64,000 bases of DNA from Vulcanimicrobiota bacterium (GTDB taxonomy: Bacteria; Vulcanimicrobiota; Vulcanimicrobiia; Vulcanimicrobiales; Vulcanimicrobiaceae). Positions 31,350 to 38,112 of the stretch are shown here, one piece after another (the first letter of the stretch is position 1; every line of letters begins with the position of its first letter). The translations under genes were made by a program, and so were the position numbers. A model generated the notes under the pieces. That model was not told where the DNA came from. It saw nothing but the letters and a program-made list of their open reading frames with translations, and did not search any database. The DNA is taken from positions 1,777,226 to 1,841,225 of the forward strand of contig OY970335.1 in NCBI GenBank assembly GCA_963717425.1, in the 5' to 3' direction.

Positions 31350-31520
31350 GAGCAGACGGCTCTGGACGGGAGCCGAAGGTTTGACAGCTGAGCAGACGGT
31401 TCGAGAGCTGAGCTGACTGCTCAGCGGCTGAGCAGATGGTTCGGCGCGAAGCACACGGCTCGATCGCGGAGCAGCCGGTTCGACGAGCAGCAGCCGGTTC
31501 GACGCGCGAGATGGCTCGGC
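31350..31520. repeat. Iteron-like array: about 8 degenerate copies of GAGCAGNCGGYTCGR.
   Basis: Copies start near 31350, 31390, 31410, 31430, 31450, 31469, 31488 and 31508. After the 40-bp gap between the first two copies, the remaining seven are spaced 19-20 bp apart. Examples: GAGCAGACGGTTCGA, GAGCAGATGGTTCGG, GAGCAGCCGGTTCGA. Confidence 0.7.
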
Positions 31521-31759
31521 GTGGAGGTCGTGCCGACAAGCCGAGGACGCCCGCGTCGCCCAGTGAGGGAGGGTTGTTGTAAAGTGGCCACGCGGCTTTG
31601 GGGCTAAGCGTAGAGCGATCCGTAAACCTCAGCTCACCGCGACTCATCTCGTTGACTAAGCGCCGAAGTGAGGACAGCGGAGCGACAACGGCCGACTTCT
31701 TTTTGCCCTAGATCGGTACCAAATGGGCGGCTCTGCCGACCTCGGCGAATAGGAGGGCC

Positions 31760-32680
31760 GTGTCCAGAGAGCCTCGCCACCGAGCTGATCACAGCGCGGG
31801 TGAAATCCACGAAATGTTCGCTGGGGTGTTTCGTGAGTTAGCCATGCCGTTCGCAGACGAAGAGCGTGAAAGCGCGATGATGCGTATCGCGGTCGATGGA
31901 GTGCCGTTTGGCGAACGGCCGCCCGAATTTCGGCGCCCAGGTTCCAACTTTTACGCAACTCGTTATCTTGAAGCTCGAGCGGTACTCGGCATGCTCGTGG
32001 AACTCGACCTCGGTGGCGGCGTAGTTAACGTCATCCGCGGGGACTCACCCGACGTGACGGTCCAGTACGCCGATGCTCGCACCATTTACGTCGAGCACAG
32101 TATGGTGCTCGACGAGGGCGCGCAGCAGTACTCGATAGGTGTGGAAGACGCCAACGTCGCCGTTGGGGAGCTCGTCAAACGAAACCCGGCCGCACTGCGA
32201 GCGTTCGAGAGCGGACTGCTTACCGTGCGGCTAAACACGGTCGATCTCGACAATCGATTCGAACCGCTGCCGATTGCCCAAGAGATCGTTGTTTTGCTCG
32301 AGGGTCTCACGGAGCGCGTTGACCTCATGAGGGTCGACCCTGCGCAGATGCCCGTGCTCGCGTCCATGGACGCACGGATTTTCTACCGACCCGGCATCCA
32401 AGGTGGCGGCCCCATCGATACGCCAGCGTACCACGCGCGAATTAAGATACTAGAACCGTCGTTCAGAGCCGTCCTGGCCAAGAAGGTCCGGAAGGCGGCG
32501 CGTTACCCCGCGCAGTGCCATCCGCTATGGCTGCTGCTCACCGTAGATCTGCACTTCGACGATCCACCCTATGCGGAACGCATAGCCAAACACATCCTCG
32601 GGGAAGGCAACTTCGGACCGTTCGACCGCGTCGTGGTGCAGATATCCCGCCTCAACTCCGTCGTCGCGGACTCGCGATAG
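31760..32680 (+). CDS. Hypothetical protein. The start is uncertain (ATG 31814 is an alternative).
   Basis: 306-aa ORF with ordinary composition and no overlap with other calls. No family recognised. A D...EHS...K pattern hints weakly at a nuclease-like fold. Confidence 0.5.
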   Translation: MSREPRHRADHSAGEIHEMFAGVFRELAMPFADEERESAMMRIAVDGVPFGERPPEFRRPGSNFYATRYLEARAVLGMLVELDLGGGVVNVIRGDSPDVTVQYADARTIYVEHSMVLDEGAQQYSIGVEDANVAVGELVKRNPAALRAFESGLLTVRLNTVDLDNRFEPLPIAQEIVVLLEGLTERVDLMRVDPAQMPVLASMDARIFYRPGIQGGGPIDTPAYHARIKILEPSFRAVLAKKVRKAARYPAQCHPLWLLLTVDLHFDDPPYAERIAKHILGEGNFGPFDRVVVQISRLNSVVADSR

Positions 32681-32711
32681 CTCGCCCCTTGGAGCCTTGC
32701 CACATCGGCGG

Positions 32712-33356
32712 TCAGTTCCGCGACCATAGGTCGTGGGCCACTTCCTCGCCACTTTCGTCGTCGATAGCAATACTGAGGCCACCATCGGGTAACCGGCGCT
32801 CGTTACGGTCACCGCCGTGGGGCTGTCGATACGCCGCGACGCACGCGACGCCGGCGATCCGGAGGGCTATCCGCTTGTCCTGTTCGCTCAGGCCCTCGTA
32901 GATGTTCCCGTCGACCGTAAGCGTGCAGTTGGCCAGGCCGATTGCCGCCTTCTTGAAGAGCCTCTCCCCATACTGGGCGTTGATACCGTTTATGCGGTTG
33001 GTGAGCTGACTGAGCGATGCTCCGTTGATGGAATCGATATAACGCTGCTGACGAGCCTCCGCGGCAGTCGGGCGATAAGTTTTAACGCCTTCAGCGGTTC
33101 GCTGCCCAAGCATAGCGAGGCCCGCGCACCCCGCAATGAGCGCGAGGATGATACCGCCGGTCCAAAGCAAAGCAGCACCGCAACCCTTATTTGCGTTCTG
33201 TCGCAAGGCTGGCGACGACGTCACCGGACGAGCAGTTTGCGGTGCACCGCCGAGCGGCTCCCCCCCAGCAACGTTGGCCTGCGATGCAGCGCCACAGGCC
33301 GGACAGAACTTCGCAGAATCGGCGAGTTGAGAACCACAGGCTGAGCAAAAGGCCAT
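32712..33356 (-). CDS. Zinc-ribbon domain membrane protein.
   Basis: N-terminal MAFCSACGSQLADSAKFCPACG (double CxxC zinc ribbon), a Pro/Ala linker, one TM helix (GAALLWTGGIILALIAGCAGLAML), and an extracytoplasmic domain. Confidence 0.6.
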   Translation of the reverse strand: MAFCSACGSQLADSAKFCPACGAASQANVAGGEPLGGAPQTARPVTSSPALRQNANKGCGAALLWTGGIILALIAGCAGLAMLGQRTAEGVKTYRPTAAEARQQRYIDSINGASLSQLTNRINGINAQYGERLFKKAAIGLANCTLTVDGNIYEGLSEQDKRIALRIAGVACVAAYRQPHGGDRNERRLPDGGLSIAIDDESGEEVAHDLWSRN

Positions 33357-33535
33357 CTTACCCTTTCACGAAGCGCTCTAGAGGCTTAGCGTAGCAGCGA
33401 TAGGCGCCGCACGGCGTTCCTTTCGCTTGGCGTCTAAGCGTGGAGATCTGTCACCGCGGCGACTGTTGCCGCCTAGTATGTGCCATTTAGACCCGCCTGG
33501 CGTGGCGTCCCGCCTTAGAAGGCGTAAAACACGCC

Positions 33536-33799
33536 TTGCCAGGCGTGGGCACAGGGTCGCGGTCGCTGGACAATCCGGGCGTGGCGTCCTATGATCGCGC
33601 ACGACGGGCACTGGCGCGGCGCATACGCGAGCGTCGGGCTGAGCTGGGTATTACGCAAGAGGACTTGGCCGAGCGAGGCGAGTTTGACGTCCGCCATGTG
33701 CAGAAGCTTGAGGCCGGCGAGTTGAACGCATCGCTGAAAACCTTGTGTAGGCTGGCGTCTGCTTTGAAGTTAAGCCTCAGCGAGTTAGTCGAATGGTGA
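33536..33799 (+). CDS. XRE-family helix-turn-helix transcriptional regulator.
   Basis: LARRIRERRAELGITQEDLAERGEFDVRHVQKLEAGELNASLKTLCRLASALKLSLSELV is a canonical HTH_3 pattern. Confidence 0.8.
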   Translation: MPGVGTGSRSLDNPGVASYDRARRALARRIRERRAELGITQEDLAERGEFDVRHVQKLEAGELNASLKTLCRLASALKLSLSELVEW

Positions 33800-34286
33800 T
33801 TTCAATATCCATAAACACGCGCACTTCCGAGCGCCCTAAGAAACAGTCGCTGACCGTCCAAAACGGTCCATCGGAATCTTTTTGTGGAATCGCGACGTCG
33901 ACAACGCGACGAAAGAGCGCACGACAAAAAGCGTGCGCTTCGCTTCGCTCCCAATCCGGCGTCTCGCAGGCCTGGTACTCATAGCCGCGGATCGCCATAA
34001 GCGCTTGGCTCGGCGTGTACTCGCGCTCCGTCGGCCGATACAGGTAGGTGAGCGCCGCCGGATCTCGCACCTCGCGGTAGCGGTAAGCCACCGATTGCGC
34101 GTTTTCGGATAGGAGCATGCGTCCGATTTGGGTCTCCGTCTGATCGCGCAGCGAGCGACTTTGGCCAGGGTTCCCGAAGTACCAGGAGAGCTGGCCGTGG
34201 CCGATCCCGCCATACTCGCTCTCGTACTGCTTGGCGATGTCGATCAGCGCGTCGATGTGGGCGTCGTCGATGACATATGCGCTCAC
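33777..34286 (-). CDS. Hypothetical protein, last gene of the recombinase operon.
   Basis: The GTG at 34286 overlaps the upstream TGA (GTGA). Upstream of that point the long ORF is Arg/Ala-rich and probably not coding. No family recognised. Confidence 0.5.
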   Translation of the reverse strand: MSAYVIDDAHIDALIDIAKQYESEYGGIGHGQLSWYFGNPGQSRSLRDQTETQIGRMLLSENAQSVAYRYREVRDPAALTYLYRPTEREYTPSQALMAIRGYEYQACETPDWERSEAHAFCRALFRRVVDVAIPQKDSDGPFWTVSDCFLGRSEVRVFMDIEITIRLTR

Positions 34287-34732
34287 GACTGCAGCGCTCC
34301 GAGATGGAGCGCGTGCAGGGTCGCATCGACTGTCTCCCACGGAAGGTGAAAGCCGGCCGCCTTCAGCGCTCGCTGTGCCGCGGTCACATCGGCCTTGGTG
34401 AAGCCATAGGGCCAGCGGCTCGGGTCCGAGTTGCGCATCGGCCAATTCGGGTGAGCCGTGCCCTCGTACTCATTGATGAAGACCATCGACCGATAGCCCG
34501 AGGGTTTAGTAGCGCGGATAATCTCCTTGGCACGCTTGGGGATGTTCGGGAATCCGAAGCGCGCGCAGCGGTCGCACTCCAGACCCTCTTGCTCGACCAC
34601 GACCGCGCGCTCTTTCTCGATCCTTGTGCGACAGCGGAGAACGCACCATTCACAGTACAGGCGTCCGCGAACGTGATAGAGCGTCACGGGGAGCCGATAG
34701 GTGGGTTTTCGGGCCCGCATCTCAGAGTCCAA
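34283..34732 (-). CDS. Hypothetical Cys-rich protein.
   Basis: ORF coupled to both neighbours. Contains CEWCVLRC...CDRC, a possible zinc finger. No family recognised. The start is 34732 or 34720. Confidence 0.5.
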   Translation of the reverse strand: MDSEMRARKPTYRLPVTLYHVRGRLYCEWCVLRCRTRIEKERAVVVEQEGLECDRCARFGFPNIPKRAKEIIRATKPSGYRSMVFINEYEGTAHPNWPMRNSDPSRWPYGFTKADVTAAQRALKAAGFHLPWETVDATLHALHLGALQS

Positions 34733-35696
34733 CGCGCTGTGCGGCGTTCATCTGCCAAATCGTTGCTGGTCGGGTGTAGCGCTGAACCATCGAAAGGCTC
34801 TTGTGCCCAGTTTGACGCGAGATCTCAAGTGCATCCACGCCCGCCAAGGCGGCCGATGTCGCGAAGCCTGCGCGCAACGAATGACCTGCGAACCGAGCAG
34901 GGTCGAGCCCAATGCGTTGCGCATGGCGCTTGACGATCAGGGCGACAGCTGCGCCTGTTAGGCGCGTCGGCGCAACGTTGCCGCTACGATCGACCGAACG
35001 AAACAGCGGACCGTCGACAATGCCCGAGAGGTCGAGCCAGGCTTTCATCGCGCCAGCGGGGCAGGTCACCGGATTCGACCCGTTAGGAACCCCGATCAGA
35101 CGGCCTTCGCCTTCCTGATCCGTCTTCGACCGACGTAAAGTGACCTCGAGACCGTCAGCTACGAACCGGACGTCGCCGCGGTCGAGGGAAACCAGCTCGG
35201 ATCGGCGGAACGCGCCGGCGAATCCGAGCAACAAGAGCGCACGATCGCGGAGGTCGATCATCGCTTCGGTCAACGGTTGCAGCATCCGTCGAAGGTCGGC
35301 AGTTAGAATCGCATCTTTTCGGTCTTGCGTCACGCCCAGCGCGCGGCGAATGCCTGCCCAGACCTCGACCACTCGCGGGTGGGTAAATGGGCTTGGAAGG
35401 CCGCCTTTTCGGTGTTCTTGTCCGATCGCTGCGATGCGCCGGGCGATTGTAGCGAGCTTGTACTCTCGTGCGAGCTCGGTTAGGTACAACACCACCGCCT
35501 GTGGCTGAGCCGGCAGCGGCGAAACGCCGTGGGCACGACACCAGGCTTGAAACTGCCGAAGGTCGGTACGATACGCGCGTCGAGTACTCTCGGCGTTGGA
35601 GGACTCGGCGAACGCCTCAGCCTCGTCTCGAAGACTCTCGAGATGCGCGAGCCCGGCCGACGGAGCCGGAAGTATGGGGACCAACGCGGTGCTCAT
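34722..35696 (-). CDS. Tyrosine recombinase, XerC/XerD-like.
   Basis: 324 aa with an N-terminal SAM-like domain (TRRAYRTDLRQFQAWC). The catalytic region has LLLLGFAGAFRRSEL, GHSLRAGFATSAA and GHKSLSMVQRYTR. Confidence 0.9.
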   Translation of the reverse strand: MSTALVPILPAPSAGLAHLESLRDEAEAFAESSNAESTRRAYRTDLRQFQAWCRAHGVSPLPAQPQAVVLYLTELAREYKLATIARRIAAIGQEHRKGGLPSPFTHPRVVEVWAGIRRALGVTQDRKDAILTADLRRMLQPLTEAMIDLRDRALLLLGFAGAFRRSELVSLDRGDVRFVADGLEVTLRRSKTDQEGEGRLIGVPNGSNPVTCPAGAMKAWLDLSGIVDGPLFRSVDRSGNVAPTRLTGAAVALIVKRHAQRIGLDPARFAGHSLRAGFATSAALAGVDALEISRQTGHKSLSMVQRYTRPATIWQMNAAQRVGL

Positions 35697-36157
35697 GGGT
35701 CGTCTCTCGGCAGACGCTCAAGACCCAAGTGAAGCTGCTCGGCGAGATAGCGACGGACCGCATCCAGATCGTCAATCGACGGAATCAACTTCGAAGTTTT
35801 TCGTGCGGCCGTACTCACCGGCGCGTTTAGCTCGGGGACATCAATGCCCAGCGTGGCCGCAAGCCAACCCGCGACAATTAATCGATGACATGGAATGCCC
35901 GGCTTCTCGTGGCAGAGCAGGAGCGCATCAGGGCCGGCGAGCGCAACGAGATCCCTATACACACGCTGAGGATCGAGCGCTTCAAGCCGCGCCCAGTACA
36001 GCGCGTCAAACTCGGTAGCATCCATCTTTAGCATGACTGGGGTCGGTGCTAATGCAGCGTAAGAGCGACCGGAAAACCTCATCCAACGCGGCCCAAAACG
36101 CGCGATCGAAATAGCGTTTGGATGCGTTCCGGCAGTATGAAAGCAGGCCGTTTTCAA
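35693..36157 (-). CDS. DUF488-like protein (phage/plasmid subclade).
   Basis: The pattern ISIARFGPRW...EFDALYWARLEALDPQRVYRDL...LLLCHEKPGIPCHRLIVAGWL resembles DUF488 proteins. Its stop overlaps the recombinase start (ATGA). Confidence 0.45.
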   Translation of the reverse strand: MKTACFHTAGTHPNAISIARFGPRWMRFSGRSYAALAPTPVMLKMDATEFDALYWARLEALDPQRVYRDLVALAGPDALLLCHEKPGIPCHRLIVAGWLAATLGIDVPELNAPVSTAARKTSKLIPSIDDLDAVRRYLAEQLHLGLERLPRDDP

Positions 36158-36189
36158 AGCCTCTCCTGAATATCAATTGGGGTAATCGC

Positions 36190-36198
36190 AGTATAGCA
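36190..36198 (-). promoter_or_regulatory. Extended -10 promoter element TGCTATACT upstream of the DUF488-recombinase operon.
   Basis: The reverse complement of AGTATAGCA at 36190-36198 lies 33 nt upstream of the 36157 start. The same 9-mer recurs at 36624 and 37718. Confidence 0.45.
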
Positions 36199-36425
36199 AG
36201 TTTACTTACTTTAGTATATGGTTACGCTTGCCGTCGAATCAATATTGTTGCTCGATCGCTCATCGCTTCGCAAACTGTCCGTCTGCAATTTGTCGTCAAT
36301 GCTGCATCACGTGTCGGGGTCACAAGTGTAAGGACGAACCTGTGCGAAGAGCGGATGCCCACTCCGCCGTTAAACGCGCGCCGCATGAGGCTCGCAAAGC
36401 CCGAGGAAGGCCATCGTGCGCCGCG

Positions 36426-36617
36426 CTACTTGCGTTGAGCTGAAGGTTTTTTCTTGAGCAGTTTTTGGCGAGAAGCCTGGACTCGTTCGATCGCAGCAGC
36501 ATTGCACTCTTCGCACGTCCGGCGGCCTTTGCGTGCCTTCCGCTTGGCGCAAACTACGCAAGCCGTCGGAGGGGCCTTTGCCCGTTTGCGCGCCATCCGC
36601 TCCGCCGACGTGCTCAT
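36426..36617 (-). CDS. Small basic zinc-ribbon protein (63 aa), possibly leaderless.
   Basis: MSTSAERMARKRAK...CVVCAKRKARKGRRTCEEC. ATG 36617 sits 6 nt downstream of a TGCTATACT element. Confidence 0.35.
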   Translation of the reverse strand: MSTSAERMARKRAKAPPTACVVCAKRKARKGRRTCEECNAAAIERVQASRQKLLKKKPSAQRK

Positions 36618-36623
36618 CGTCAC

Positions 36624-36632
36624 AGTATAGCA
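36624..36632 (-). promoter_or_regulatory. Extended -10 element TGCTATACT positioned for a leaderless transcript starting at ATG 36617.
   Basis: 9-mer identical to those at 36190 and 37718. The -10 to ATG distance is 6 nt. Confidence 0.35.
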
Positions 36633-36868
36633 CCCATAGCAAACGACGCGGAGGGTCACTCGTTTGAACCGAACGCGATCTGCGCTGGGTTTACTTCGGA
36701 GGTTTCGGCGAATGTCGCTTCCGCTTCAAGCGATGGCCCGCCCGGGGACGAATAGCGCGTCCGCCGGCGGGGCCGGGTGGCTGGATTGCGCCACGTACCT
36801 CCGCGAGCTCCTGGGATGTTGGCCGAAAGCGATCGCGTTCCATTCGGCCGTCGCGTCGAATAGGTCGT

Positions 36869-37387
36869 TCAAGCCGCGTTCTCAAAGTGCTGCTCCAAAA
36901 GCTCGAACATGGTTGGATGCAAGGCGCGAAGGCGTTCGCGGCTTACCCGAGGCCATGCCGAGGCTTCGGAGTTTGCTCCGCACCAAGCGCGAAAACACTC
37001 AGCGAAGAATTCGTCCACTCCGGTCGCCGCGTAAGGCGTCACGAAACTGCGTGCCTCCGCGAAGGCCTTGCGAATGGTAGGATCGATTCCGGAAAAGTAG
37101 ATGCCGCTGCCAAACGCGCAATCTATCGCGTGCCCGTACTCGTGTACAACGGTCATCGGATCGAGGCACCGAAGGTAGACCGTACGCTCTTCCACGACGA
37201 ATAGCCCGGCCGGTGGCGCCGGCCAAGCGTCAACGTCGATTTGCAGACGCGAAAGAGTGGATGAGCGATCCTTGTATAGCTCGCCCGGTCCGAGCGCTGC
37301 GATCGAGCAGTCCGCTCGCGCGAAGAGCGCTTGCGCATGGGGAGGAACGTGTTCCTTCAGGATGCGGGAAATCTTGGTATCCATCAC
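36869..37387 (-). CDS. Zinc metallopeptidase domain protein (ArdC C-terminal/MtfA-ATLF-like).
   Basis: HEYGHAID (HExxH) plus a downstream EFFAECF motif. The start overlaps the stop of the ArdC-N-like gene. Confidence 0.7.
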   Translation of the reverse strand: MMDTKISRILKEHVPPHAQALFARADCSIAALGPGELYKDRSSTLSRLQIDVDAWPAPPAGLFVVEERTVYLRCLDPMTVVHEYGHAIDCAFGSGIYFSGIDPTIRKAFAEARSFVTPYAATGVDEFFAECFRAWCGANSEASAWPRVSRERLRALHPTMFELLEQHFENAA

Positions 37388-37671
37388 GCCACGCCTTCCC
37401 TCGGAAGCGCGTCGGTCTGCGCGATTGCGAAGACGGTATAGCCGCGCGGACCCTTGAGCCTGTGCCCCTTGCAGTCAATCTTGTCGCTTTCGACGATTTT
37501 TACGATGCGGCAGCCGTGCTCGCCCTTGCGAACGCACCGGCCAATTGAAAGCGCTTGCCTGAAGGTGACGAATTCCGGGGCGTAACCATTGGCGGCCGCG
37601 TACGCCGAGAGGGCGAGATGGTTCTTGCCTGCGTACGGTTCGCGCGTAATGTGATTGATAGCGTCTTGCAT
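37384..37671 (-). CDS. ArdC N-terminal-like ssDNA-binding domain protein (DUF1738-like).
   Basis: YAGKNHLALSAYAAANGYAPEFVTFRQALSIGRCVRKGEHGCRIV matches the N-domain pattern of ArdC antirestriction proteins. Confidence 0.65.
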   Translation of the reverse strand: MQDAINHITREPYAGKNHLALSAYAAANGYAPEFVTFRQALSIGRCVRKGEHGCRIVKIVESDKIDCKGHRLKGPRGYTVFAIAQTDALPREGVA

Positions 37672-37703
37672 AGTGCCTGCTGTTCCGCTTGAAACGTTGA
37701 AAT

Positions 37704-37746
37704 GTTACTGTAACATGAGTATAGCACGGTTACTGTGACGAATCAA
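37704..37746 (-). promoter_or_regulatory. Sigma70-type promoter with a candidate operator pair.
   Basis: Read on the minus strand: TTGATT (37746-37741), a 17-nt spacer, then TATACT preceded by TGC (37726-37718). The palindrome GTTACTGTAAC (37704-37714) lies just downstream of the -10, and the near-copy GTTACTGTGAC (37729-37739) lies in the spacer. Confidence 0.6.
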
Positions 37747-38112
37747 TAAATGTTTACGACCGATTCTTTACGGGCTGTTTGCCGATCTCCTAACGCATTG
37801 GCGCAAGCATGGAACGCGCGCGCATCAACGTTGATCCCGAGACGTACGGGCGCTTCGAAGACATTTACTATTATTTGGCTGCCGGGTGCCTCCGCTTATG
37901 ATGGCGAGACGGCGGAGTACATGATCGGCGCGAAATGATTGAAACAGCGGTTTCTCGATGCGGAGACAACTGCGGGTCTCTTACCCGCTGCGAGTCAAGC
38001 GCGCAGACGAACATATGGCTCGGACCTCGGCGAGACGCTTGCGCGGCCTTTCGCTAGTGAGAATGGCTATTATCGCTGGCGGGGCGTTCCGCGCTTTCGA
38101 ATATTACTTCCG

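Noticed and set aside
31324-31647. 107-aa minus-strand ORF across the iteron array, and the array considered as a possible CRISPR.
   Set aside because: The peptide repeats only mirror the DNA repeats. The unit spacing of about 20 bp leaves no room for spacers. The repeats are degenerate, and no cas genes are present.
36664-37080. 138-aa plus-strand ORF.
   Set aside because: It overlaps the metallopeptidase gene on the opposite strand and is Arg-rich. The peptidase has an HExxH motif and operon coupling.
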